A stretch of 64,000 bases of DNA. Origin: Lingula anatina. Lineage: Eukaryota > Animalia > Brachiopoda. Below the pieces are notes generated by a model, which was given only the letters and a program-made list of their open reading frames with translations, was not told the origin of the DNA and searched no databases. The position numbers and the translations under genes are program-made. Positions 12,427 through 24,900 of this stretch are shown piece after piece. Numbering within the stretch: the stretch's first letter is position 1; each line of letters begins with the position of its first letter. The DNA lies in assembly GCA_051362555.1 (NCBI GenBank), contig CM120640.1, forward strand, positions 21,390,001 through 21,454,000, read 5' to 3'.

Positions 12427-13053
12427 TGTGACTGGCATAAGCGGGAGAGGAGCCACTGAGATGATTTCAGGGGTGACACATGATTTCGATGGGGTCATAC
12501 ATTATTTTTTAAAGTCGAGGAATTTACCGGTATTTGTTTGTCCATATCGAGAGTGGTGTTCACATAACACCGCCATCATGTTGGGCATGTTAAACAATTT
12601 TGCTTAAAAAAAAATGGATTTTTCTTACATAATAGTGCACCTGCGATTTTAATAAAACTTAGACAAAATTTACTATTTAACCATCTCATTATTGATTTGC
12701 TTTAAATTCATGTACTAAATCCAAATCACAGCTTATTTTATTTTTTTCTCTTTAAAATCACTTCACAAATTGGGCATAAGCAAAAAATTAAAGAAAGCAA
12801 CAAAAATAATAGAATAGCACTTGAATAAAACATAGTAGAACGTATGAATGATACAGGGTATTAAATCAAACATAATGTTTTCTGGTCTTTTGTTTTTTTT
12901 TATGTTTTTTTCAAAATTGTATTCATGTCCACGTAAAAAGAGGTTAGGATTAAAAAATGATTTATGTCACTTGGTAGTACGCTTTATCTTGATAATCATA
13001 ACAAAAATCGACGCAGACACGCACATAAATATTTTGTTTTGCTTCTATTGCGA

Positions 13054-13390
13054 CTTAATTTGACAATGCAGGGAAATGTCCTTGATAAGGAATCTCACAA
13101 AAGAATGTTCTTTTCACTGTTAATGGATTTAGAAAATAATTAACATGAATTGAACCTGGGTTTCAGCACTTACAATAGCTTGTCAGAAGTCACAGAACCA
13201 GTGCCTTTCAGCTAACTCTGGTTTGATCCAGTTCAATCCACACACTGTTTTGATTTTATAGCAGCTTAATTTGACAAAGCAGGGAAATGTGTTTGATAAG
13301 GAATCTCGCAAAAGAATGTCCTTTTCACTGATAATGATTTTAGAAAAATTTTAACATAAATTGACCCTTGGTTTTAGGTCTTACAATAGC
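13054..13390. repeat. Diverged direct duplication (~125-bp matching blocks, period ~210 bp)
   Basis: cttaatttgacaa.gcagggaaatgt...cttacaatagc at 13054-13180 and 13265-13390. Confidence 0.8.
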
Positions 13391-14082
13391 GCTCCAGTAG
13401 TCACAGTACCGGTACCTCATAGCAATTTCTCAGCAAACTCACTAAAACACATACAACAGACGTGTACATATCACAGATCACCACATGAAATAAAACGGCC
13501 TATCTTGTCAATCAATGTACAAACAGTTGCAATACATGCTGAGTGCTATTTATCTCACCCAAACATATCCTACATTATGTGGGTTGCTTCATTACATCTA
13601 TCGGCTTAAATTTAATTGCCTTAAAAATATCAAAATCAAGCAAAACGGGACTTTTTATGACAGTAAGGCAAATTCATGTATACTTTTACAACTGAGAGTT
13701 TGTATAAAAGGGAGGTGTAATCCAAAGTATTTCCAATCTTAAAACTCAGCAGAAAAGATTCAAGTTCTCTTTAAACCAATATATTTAAATAACATATGTC
13801 CACCCATTTAAAGTAAGCAGAAAATGAAAATTTAATCAAAAATGAAGAAAGTAATACGTCATTTCTTTTGACGTCTCTCATTTAACACAGTCGCCACACC
13901 TGAGACAAACTGGTTCAAGCCAGGTCTGAGCGTTATGTAACCTCCCTACCCGGAGAACATATTTATGTTTAGGGCAACACAAGTAAAAACGCATTCCTAT
14001 AGCACTTAGCTTTATTAACGTTTGTTTACGAGAAGGACATAGATGTTAATTCAAGAATAACCTGGAGTAAAAATAACATTGA

Positions 14083-14283
14083 GGGGTCATCCATTTATAT
14101 CATCATTTTCACAAGTCTACAAAGAGTAGACTCCCCCCTTCAGAGAGTACACATGTACAAAGTTAAAAGCTAAAATCATTGACAGCACATCCATGGTGAT
14201 TAATTTTTCGAAAAGCGTACAGAGAGCGAAACCAGCGTACGGTTTGTAGACTTGTGAAAACTATGATAAAAATGGATGACCCC
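14083..14283. mobile_element. PIF/Harbinger (Tourist-like) MITE
   Basis: TIRs GGGGTCATCCATTT...AAATGGATGACCCC extending to ~40 bp (ttttcacaagtctacaaa / tttgtagacttgtgaaaa); flanks TGA/TTA resemble a 3-bp TWA-type target duplication. Confidence 0.7.
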
Positions 14284-14872
14284 TTAGCCCGAGTATAATG
14301 ACACACATACAGTGTATGGTAGTTTTTGATAGATGAGTGGAATCAATTAGTCAGATTTGCGGCACCCAGGAACTTCCGCATATTTTTCGGCTGCTCTCAG
14401 ACCCCTGAGAGACTGTGAGGAGATGGGGCTGTGAGGAGACCGATCCTGCTTGCGTGAATGACCTGTAGTCCGTATGTAAGGAATATTTAATTAGGCATAT
14501 TTTAAGCTATAGAAACTTCAGTGCAGGTTGCCGTGTTTTCTTTCTAATGAAACACAGGTTATTACCCAGTAACCAAACTCAGTTACATTTGCTACTATGT
14601 TTGAAATCCTAAAATAAAAACCCAAAGCTAGGACTTCAATGGAAACATTCGTTTTCAATAGAACGCTGATGTTGCTTTATGTGATTACTGATTATTTCAA
14701 AATAAATAAACGAACACGGCATATTTCATAAGTGTTATATTCAAATAATAACAGCAAAATTTTGGTTGAAAAGCAATAGAGAATAAAGAAGACACAGGAA
14801 TACAGTTAAATTCAAGCGTTAGCTATTATGATATTTTCTCTTCAAAGCCTCCTTTCCTTCGGGTGATTTTTC

Positions 14873-17415
14873 TTAACATCTGCCTGAAAAGAAAATGAAA
14901 AAGGTAGATTTCTCTAAACGACTGACAGTATGCTGTTTACAGTATAATCACCAAAATCACCAAAAACGTGTAATTTCATCTAGTTCAAAGTTTTACTTTC
15001 TCAAATATGCCCAAAGGTATAAACATAACCGTTAAAATTTTAGCACTGAAAATTCATACAGTCTAAACTAGGTTTCTTATAATCTTTTTTAGAATTAATC
15101 AACGTCCATTTAGAATATCAATATCAAACATCTTACCAGAATCGGTGGTGAAACTGTCCCTAACTTTGAACACTAAATCCTTCACGTCACTCTCGGCGGC
15201 GATCACTCTGTTATAGAAATCTCTGGGCCGACCGCCGTTGTAGTACTTCATCAGGTCTATTTCTCCTCTGCTGGGATAGTACGGGGCGTCTTCATTTGTA
15301 CCTCCGAATATGCTTGAGGTTCCTATGAGGCAAATGGAAAATACTTCTCAGTTTAAGAATGTATGTCTCCACATATATGAGGAATATTTCGATTAATAAC
15401 AAATGTGTAAACATTAAAATGTATAGATTCCCCAAAACCAATCTTTAGGCTTGTTTGATAATGACTTTGGATCAAAGGCTATCTTCCTATTGGCCCATTT
15501 TGTTCACCCTGAGCTTCAGAGATAACTTGCCACTAACCTCTTCACTATAGCCTATCTTCATCGTGTCAAGTAACTTGACACGATGGAGATAGGCTACAGT
15601 GAAAAGGTTAGTGTCAAGTTAGCTCTGAAGCTCAGGGTGATTTTGTTAGGCCAAGTTCATAAAGTTAAAAATATCCTTTTTAAAAATATCAATAATAATG
15701 TATTGCGCATCTCATCCGCAACCAAAATTTTGGGCAGCTCAAAAATCTCGGGAACGGAAAAAAGTGCCTGTGCGGATGCTGCCCAAATGATACAAGGATG
15801 TATGACGAATATTGCAGATGTGTAGCAAATATCAACCAATTTTGTGCTCAATTCATGCGAAATTCATCCTGCAGGCGAGTAGGACCGGGCCTTTAGCATC
15901 GGGGGTGCCCCATCCGCAACCTCCACCCAACAGATGAATATTAGTGAAACGAGACAAAACAGACCGATTTTTACTTGTGCCCTACATTTTATGGCAAAAA
16001 TTTTACTGGTAAAATTATTTATTATGCAAATTATTCATCTTCCACTCCCTCCCCCACCAGAAACATTTCGACCCGCCACTTTAAATATATCCAAAAGTAT
16101 TAGAAAGAACTTGCCTTTATGACCCCAACTGTAAAAAGTGCTGTGGGCATCTCTGAGGAAAGAATGGCCGATCTCATGAGCGCAGGTCTCCTTGAAGAGG
16201 GCAGCAGCATCACTTCTCTTGCTCATATATTTCACCGTCATATCCAAGATGTCAGAGTTGTGGGAACGACTGGATGATTCGTGCCACTGAACCTACAGTG
16301 AGTTATTAAAAGAATAAATTAGTTTTATGAAGACAGCGAAAATTCACATTGCTGAAAGTACTAAAAGGCTAATGACAGTGTATACGTTTTTGTAACGTGT
16401 GGCTGAATTCACTATTTTTCTCATTCAACATTCAGAAAAGAATTTATCGCTTTCATGCAAATCATCACAATTCTTATAAAAAAAGGAAATACCTCCACAA
16501 TCTTTCTGTCCCCGCTACTTTTCAAATCTGTGTTGACTTTCACTTCCCAAGTGCGGCCGCCGTAGGAAATATCCCTGGACCAATATCTCGCAATACCCTC
16601 TCTACAGTAGCGACACAACATGGAGAACTGGCTGCTGGATGGCTTATTGAAAAACCAGGGCTTATCGCATTCAATGGTCAAAGTTACATCAAAGCGCCTG
16701 CAGTTGGGGCGTTCCACAACTTTTACCCAGTCAAGCGTACCTGAAACGATAAAAAATGAAATAGGGGCCTATTCTAAACCTTCAGGGAACACATCCTTTT
16801 TCTGCAAAAATTTAACTTTTTTTAACGGTGATAGTAAATTTATTTATCTGAAATAGAATTCACAATTGTTACTAAGTTCTGTCAAAGGTTGTACCTCCCT
16901 GTATCTGCCACTGTATCAACGACTGACTTGTACTAATGACTTAAAAAATGAAGTGAAAAATTTCAAGGCAGGGATGCGATTATGATATCGAAATAGAGCA
17001 AAGATTCAACGCTGTTTTTCATTATTCGACTCGCAATTTTCATATTCAAAACAACTGAATATTATTAGTTAGAAAAAACACGGAGGCTTTTGATAGTTAG
17101 ATAGAGTATTGAATGCAAAGATGCATTCAAGGACTAATCTAGAATGGAAGTCTGGATGTTGCTTTGATGAATGTGCTGCTTTTGGTATAAAAGGAAAATA
17201 AGCAAAAGAAAAAAAAACACTAAAACCCGTGTTCACTGAGCATTTCCTCTATTATCTTTCATTATAGGGTTTTGAGTTCTCTGTTTCATTTTTTAGATAT
17301 ACTGTTAAATTAATTTTAAAAAACGTTAAATGTGTAACTTACCAAAGACTCCACAACTTTCGAAGGCAATAGCGGCTATAAATGCGACATACAAGTGCTT
17401 CATCAAAGTTGCCAT
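14873..17415 (-). CDS. Secreted zinc-dependent metallopeptidase (HExxH), 231 aa; exons 17343-17415, 16493-16740, 16115-16292, 15137-15322, 14873-14883
   Basis: Exons total 696 nt in frame. Signal peptide MATLMKHLYVAFIAAIAFESCGVFG; motif FKETCAHEIGH...YSWGHKGTS...YPSRGEIDLMKYY. Intron 3 uses a GCAAGT donor. Confidence 0.88.
15505..15639. mobile_element. 135-bp palindromic MITE (two TIRs only), 8-bp TSD ATTTTGTT
   Basis: CACCCTGAGCTTCAGAG...CTCTGAAGCTCAGGGTG. TSD at 15497-15504 and 15640-15647. Same TIRs as the 18805-19472 element. Confidence 0.92.
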
Positions 17416-17506
17416 ACTCAAGCGCACAGTCAACAATAGTAAAAAGTGGAACTTAACAGTCTTGTGAGCGGAGAACTGAAATTGTTTCAGGACTAAGAAG
17501 CGGTGG

Positions 17507-17514
17507 TTTATATA
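17507..17514 (-). promoter_or_regulatory. Putative TATA box of the metallopeptidase gene
   Basis: TATATAAA on the minus strand ~95 nt upstream of the ATG; Inr-like TCAGT at 17475-17479. Confidence 0.4.
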
Positions 17515-18804
17515 TCTTGTTCACAACAGCAATCTCCTGCTATTAATAGTTCAAGGACTTTTGGAAGCTCAAGTTTCACCAAACATATCCTGTTCCATGT
17601 TCCTAGTACTCCCGTCCAGGACCTAATACAACTAATCTAGCGCCAGTGCTACATGTACCCTACAACTCGGGGCACATAATACACCAATGTATCCGGTACA
17701 CCAATTAGAGCTTATTTTACGCTGTCAAAGTAGACCTGGCGTAGAATTGCCACTAATGAGCAAATGGAGATCAACATAATTAAAGGAGAGATTAATTGAA
17801 TATAAAATTTTCACAATTACCCTTCCAATTTATTTGGTAATTCAGCGAAGAAATGAATTGCTGCTTGTTATTCTTGAACTGCCATTCCCAAGTCCAAAAA
17901 AAAACCGGATGTATTCGACGAAACACAATTTAAGCAGTAAGAGCTTAATTGATGTATCTTGGCTGATAAACTGTTTTAAGACAAAGCATATGCTTCAGTA
18001 ATAAACAACCTCTATTTAATGCTGTCAATTCACAATTACGAAAATAAAAAGCAGATTGAACCCTTGACTCGTTCTTTATTTTCTAAGGCACATTGGGATA
18101 GTCAAATTTGGATAAATATGAAAACACAAATTATTTGATTTTACTCATAACATAAGATGGTTTATTTATTATTTTTTCATAATACTATGAAAAGCTTTGT
18201 ATCCTGCAAGAAAAAAAAACATTACATATGTTGTGACCATCCTTCTTGTATATTTTTGTGGCTCTCTACTTCTCGTTAGTACATCATACACTAATGATAC
18301 ATGTACTTCTTATGTTTAATGACTTCGTTTTCATATCTGTCATATTTCAGACAAGAAGCTCACAGTCAACTCACTGACAAAGGCTAAGATAGGGACACGC
18401 AATTTATATCATCATCCCCATTTCAAACTTTTTAGTACAGAGTATCAACGAGATACTTTTTGCTTAAAGAGTTGCAGCAGCCCCAAAAAACTCAATTTTA
18501 GTTTTAGATCATATTCTAAAACCAAAATTGAGTTTTTTTTTTACTTGCAATATACTTAAACAGCCTATGTAACGATCAGGTCACAGATGAGGTGCCCTTT
18601 CTGCCATGTCCTTCACACTTCATGTCCGGGATGCGTGCCTTGAAGCATTAGGCTATATATATATATACTTCTACTTATGATACGATTTACTTGAAAAGAA
18701 CCCTCTGGCACATACTGCGATACTGAAATGAAAATTATAAAAACGTATAAATTCATGGCAACAGCAACAAAATTTACAATTTCCCGGCACTGGTCACCCA
18801 TCAC

Positions 18805-19472
18805 CACCCTGAGCTTCAGAGCTAACTTGACACTAACCTCTTCACTGTAGCCTATCTTCATCGTGTCAAGTAACCTCTGACGAAAATAGTTTGACCTAGT
18901 TTATATAAGCCAATCAAATCCATGTTTCAAAATTTTTCACCAAAGTTTGGTGAAAACGCTGATTGGTTGACCGTCAATCGGTAATCCTCGGCTGATTCCG
19001 CAAGCTCCATACTAACAACAAAGTTATTGTCGAGTGCGGAGACATCCGAGTAGTTCCGAGTGTATTACCGTACACAAAGAAAGCAAGGCGAGTGACTACG
19101 AAAAAGAATGTGTTAAGTTATCTCTTGATTCTTTGCAAAATATGAGTAAATCGGAATTGAAACCATAGGGTCTAGCAGTTTGAGGCCCTGCATCATTATC
19201 TACTGAGAGACGATGTTATTTGCGTGCTGCCCACAGGTTACGGCAAGTCCCTGATATCCAGCCTTATCTTTGATTGGTCCGGATTTGAACAAAGCGCGCT
19301 TTGACTCGTTCGCGTTCATTGGCTAGATCGTTTAATGAGTCATTGAGTGCGGGCTTTTAAATTTGATTGGCGGGCGGCGGAGGCAATCGAATCTGGTCAG
19401 AGGTTACTTGACACGATGGAGATAGGCTACAGTGAAAAGATTAGTGTCAAGTTAGCTCTGAAGCTCAGGGTG
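18805..19472 (+). mobile_element. Non-autonomous TIR DNA transposon with RecQ-helicase relic (AcademH-like), 8-bp TSD CCCATCAC
   Basis: ~76-bp TIRs. TSD at 18797-18804 and 19473-19480. Interior 19154-19256 reads ELKP/QFEALHHYLLRDDVICVLPTGYGKSLI (RecQ motif 0/I), disrupted by a stop and frameshift. Confidence 0.85.
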
Positions 19473-21917
19473 CCCATCACTCAATGGAGTACCAAACTGA
19501 AAAAAAAAAACGTACGAATTTTATATTTCCCTTTAGTTTGTCAAACCGAGAGAACGATGTGTAACAGCCATAGGATTTTTGAACAGAACCAACAAATTCA
19601 TGCGTTAGAAATGTGGTATGAATTTCTGACAGAAGCACAGACTATCAAAAAAGGGGAATGGGGAATTTAAGACAATAAATTACCCATAAATGTCTCCTTT
19701 GTAAGCAAGTACAAAATAAAAATAGTCTAGAACATTTAACAAGGGTAATAATTTCCTACTTAGCGTCACCCCTGCCATCTTAACGAGGAAAACGTGCTGT
19801 ATTTCATCTGGAAATAAAATTGCACATTAAAACAGTCAACCATATCATTTAATGATATAATTAAATGTTCTCAAAAAAAATAATAAAATAAAATAAAATA
19901 AAATAAAAATAAAAAAATAAATAAAAAAAAACGCAGTTTGCATATAATTGATGTTTGGTGACAACACTTAAAAATTCAATCTTTTTTTTTGAAAATATGC
20001 ATGAATATTGGAAACTACACAGACATAGGACTTCACTGTGTTGTGTTTCAAGTTTACATAGGGATAATTTCAGCCAAACTGAGTAGTATAGGATACAAAC
20101 GGGAGCGACACTGATTGTGGATGGGATGAGCGGTGATTAAAAAAAAGCTGAAAAAGCAAGTTATCACGACATAAATTGCACCTCAAATATTACCCATTGG
20201 TGCATTGTAGGGATTAAAAAAGCCGATGTCGTAAACGCATTTCCGCATCTTTTTTTACGAGTGATGAGAAGATTAATGTAATATTGCATGGAAATGGACA
20301 AAATAGCCGATTTTGTGCATCATTTTCTGCTTTTTCTCTGTACTGTAGATTTGACATTTTGTTGCCTTTTATGCGATCTGCATAAATTTTGAGTGCATGT
20401 AGTTCCTTTATTCGATTACAACTAAGAATTCAAATTTATGGAGCAATATCACGTGTAGTTCAATCTCCTATTAAAGTTTTGTTTTTCCTATTAAGCTTGA
20501 AGCACAACGCACGTTGCGTTTCGCCTTTCCATAAGCCAAGGCCAAGGAAGATCCATTCATTCTCGACTTATTTGTTCGTGTTGTGCACATCTAAAAGTAT
20601 AAAAAAATCGCTTTCCATAGTAGGCCTGATCTTTCTTTTGTGAGAGGTGGAAATTTAATGTTTGTTCATCACTGAATGATTTAACGGAGACGTTGGCGCT
20701 GCTGCTGCACACGCGAAGACATGACCTCCGTGCCATTTCCAGGGTGCATTACCCATCTCAATCTCTATATCAGTAATCACACCAGTTGAAAAAAAATCAA
20801 AATCCTGGAATAAAACCTTACCACAAAAGGTCTTACTTTTGTATGTATGAAAGTTTTATTAACAAAAATTACGAAAGTTACCGTAACAAGCCACCATGAG
20901 CTTTAGAGATAACTTGAAACGGGTTGGTAACATGCACGTTAGGTACTGAAATTTTTTCAAAAGCTCACCTGTATTACAATAAATAAATAAATAAATAAAT
21001 AAATAAAGATTTAGCCAAAAAGTGCATTAAACTATTAAACTAAACATTTTAGTAGTCTAATTAATAAGGTTTCTTTATAACTGAAAGGGGTGGCCAATGT
21101 TTCATAATAACATTTTCATTTTTCTTTGGCGGACTACTATGGAATAACGCAGATTTTTTTTATGTTCTTTCATAAAGCAAGACCCCAGTAATGTATCTTT
21201 TAACTAACATATAGACAAATAATAAACAATAACAGCACCCTCTTATGAATGACTTTTACTGCGAAAATGAAAATCCAAAAAACAAAGAAGTGTCATTGTT
21301 ATTTGAAAAAAAAATAAAAATAAAAAGAGATATTTTGAAGAGTGAAATATTGCATGTTTACAACATAATATATTCACATACAAAATATTTGGTATATAAA
21401 CAATCAATACATCATAATTTTTGTTTTTAACAAAAAAGGTTATGGGAATGTAATAAAATTGTAGGTACAAAAAAAGCTTATATCTGAGAAACATTGCTAT
21501 TAAAAAAATCACTGTCATATAAATCATATTGTAATATGAGTTACAAATTGTCATTTTGGTATACACGTATAAAGTCTGCATGTAAAAAAATAAAATTTAT
21601 ATTTTGGTATGCAAAGAAATTTCCTTAATAATAATAATAATAATGAAGTTTATTCAATCATTTTATATAAATTATAGAATACACATAATACCAAAAATGT
21701 TTATCTTTAGCAACAAGTGATGACAGGCCCATTTTAATTATAATAAAAAACAAACATCCAGGTCTTTCGTCACCTGAATATACCAAGTAATCTATGCCCC
21801 TAGAATTACTTCCTTAGTCTGTTTTACTGTATTATTTCCAAAATGTACCAGATTGTGAGCCACCTATTACATATACATTTGCACCAAAGGAGATGTGAGT
21901 GGAGATTTGTCTGTGGT

Positions 21918-24900
21918 CTAACTTGCATCCTGATCTGCAACTTTTGCGACGCATTCTGAAAAATAAATTCATCTTTCATTAATTGTATCGAAGCATAAAC
22001 TGAGAATCAAAACTTTCTTTTTTGTATCAAATGTTTAGTTACTTGGCCATTTGACTGATCAACCAGTATTGTTACATAAAATACAAAACATTTATTTTAA
22101 ACAGCTTTGTTTAAATAATTTTAATCTAAAACAATCTATGCAATACAAAACCCAGTTGTACTTTCAGCAGTAAATTATCTTTTCCACTAGAGGAGATTTC
22201 TTATTAATTATTATTAAGAAATCCTATGTTTTTTTTACCATCTGTAAATATTTCAATAAAAAAAATAATACAATAAATTACTAATTTGAAATCAAGATGT
22301 AATAATATTTTACCTCTAGAAGACACCTCTACATTAGCTGCCAGTGTTGACTCCATGCTGCTGTACACGGGATTCACAAACTGCTGGGTTTCTGCCTCCC
22401 AGCTGTGCCTTCTCTCGGAGTCAGCACAGATGGATCTGGGTAGACCAAAGACAAAGGGATCTTGATTCGAGGAGGCATACCTAGAACATGATCAGAAATA
22501 GTGAGATCTTGAATCACTTATCCATAGTTAATGTGCTTTATTATTTCTTTATTTATTCTAATCTCAAAGTGGAGAAAGGACTGGTTTTTTTTAAAATATC
22601 CATAAACAGAACACTGTATTTAAAGTTTAACAGGAAAATGGCTGGTAATGTTAACTACTCTCTTTTGCAATACAAGGAACTGCAACTTCGACAACATGCA
22701 TCTGAGATTTTAATTTAAAACCAAAGCAAGTTTAAAATACTGTAAAAGAAAACATAAGGTCCTCTTGTCAGCAAGCTCTTTGTGGGAGAAATTCAGCAAA
22801 GTAGGACGGCATGTTCAATTAATATCAGTAAGTCACTGACCTAAGATATATGATTCAGTAGTAGCCTAATTAAATGAATATATTGCATTTGATTTGTAAG
22901 AAAAAATATATAGCGGCTATTTAATACCATGAGTTTCCCTATTTCAGTGGACTATATTGCTCTTATTATTAATTAATGTAGACCAAATTTGGGTCAAAAA
23001 GATTAGATTAACTTTTAGAGCATATTTTTTGAAAACAGGACTGGACATTTGAGCTTAAGCATACTTACCTTACTCTTCCTCTTGCAGATCTCTTCTTCCT
23101 TTTTCTTCTCACCATATAAAATGTTACTATGACTACCAGTACTGTGAGAAGGAAGGCCAGTATGCCAATAATAACATAGATGACCATGGATATCTCACCC
23201 ACTGTTCCTGAGGCCTGAGATGGCTGAGAATGGATGTAGAAAGTGTTGGACTTGACTGACAGTTTAGAACATGTAGGGCCTGTCCAACCACCTGGAAAGA
23301 TTATTTTTTAAATAAAAAGTTTTAATAAAAATAGTTTTGAAAATTATCTTTCCCAGATGAAATGCAAGGTTCATGACAAATTTTCAATAAAAAATGAAAC
23401 CCTCGTCACTTCTCAAAGTCATGTCTGCAGCTTAAAAAAAATAAATGATTGTACCAAAACTTCTCTAAACATTGTTAAAATTAACAGCAACATGTTAAAA
23501 TCAATTCAATCATTTACAAGCAGTAATGTCACCATGAAAACAATGGCGATATCAAGGAAATTAACTTCTTGGTGAATGATTGGATTCAACAACAACGAAA
23601 AAAAAAAACAACCTTCCCTCACCTGCACATATACAGCCAAACCTGGAGTTATCCAAAACTACACAGGTGCTGTTGTGTTCACAGGGAGATGAGGAGCAAA
23701 CTGCAGTCTTTATCTTGCAATCATAACCTACATTGCAAATAAAGGATTAATTCACAATTAATAATCTTATGATACATGGAATACATTAAAATTGGTTCTA
23801 TTCAAATTAACTTATGCGTAAGAAGCAATGTAAAATATGTCCCAATGAGACAAACTGGAAAGCAGATCCTAAATGTACTTCTACATAGGCATAAGATGCT
23901 ATTTCTGGTTTTCTGATAGACAATATACAAATCTCAACCATCTCCAGCTGACCTGTGTGTTGAGAATCACAGGGTTTGCATTGAGGTCCTCCATAGCCAT
24001 AGGCACAGCCTCTACAGTCCAGAGAGTATGGGGCTTGGCACTGGCACACATGACCACCCCCAGGGACAGAGAGGACAATACAGCTGCCATTGAAGGGACA
24101 CTGGACAGTTAGACAGGCAGTGCGGTCAATCTCACAATGTCTCCCTATAGAACAGAATTATTGATTTCAATACACTATTAATATTAAACAACGCTATGGT
24201 AAAAGGCATTCAACATCCAGTATTTTGTGCTTAAAATATTAATTTTTTTAATTATTGTTTTTTTTTATCAAGAGCTTATAAATTATGTGGGTATTACCTC
24301 CAATATCTCCAATAATACCCACATATTTTATAAGCTCTTGATAAAAAGAAAAACAATAATTTAAATTTATACATACAGAGCTAATGAAACTGTTCTCTCA
24401 TAAAATATGAATGTTCATTAAATATATACATCACATGAATAATGCAGATACTATTAGTTTAAAATCAAACACATTTAAAAGGATTTCTATTCGTCAAATG
24501 AAAAGCAAATTTGCAAATGTGCAGTGCTCCATTACTGTCAAAAGTACTAGTAATGAGTCAGTGCAATCTTATTTTCCCTATTCTGTCATCTATCAGTCAT
24601 AACATTTGCTGGCAGCAAATTTCTTACCACTTCACACCAAATAATGCATCCATACCTTCATAGCCAGGCGGACAGACACAGCTGTATCCACTGATGCCAT
24701 CCTGGCACTGTCCACCATTGCCACATACACCTGGTACACAATCATCCACATCTATATCACAGGACCTCCCTGTGTAGCCAGCTTTACATATACACTGGGT
24801 ACCTGTAGACTGGTGGACACATGAGGAAGTTCCTGTGAAAAAAATTCACCAATTAATTATTTATTTCTTAAAGAAAATAATATATGGGTATTATCAGGAA

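Noticed and set aside
18485-18538. Small AT-rich hairpin as a terminator
   Set aside because: Eukaryotic context; most likely MITE debris.
15583-19670. Three ORFs sharing MEIGYSEKVSVKLALKLRV as a peptide family
   Set aside because: They are translations of the same transposon TIR.
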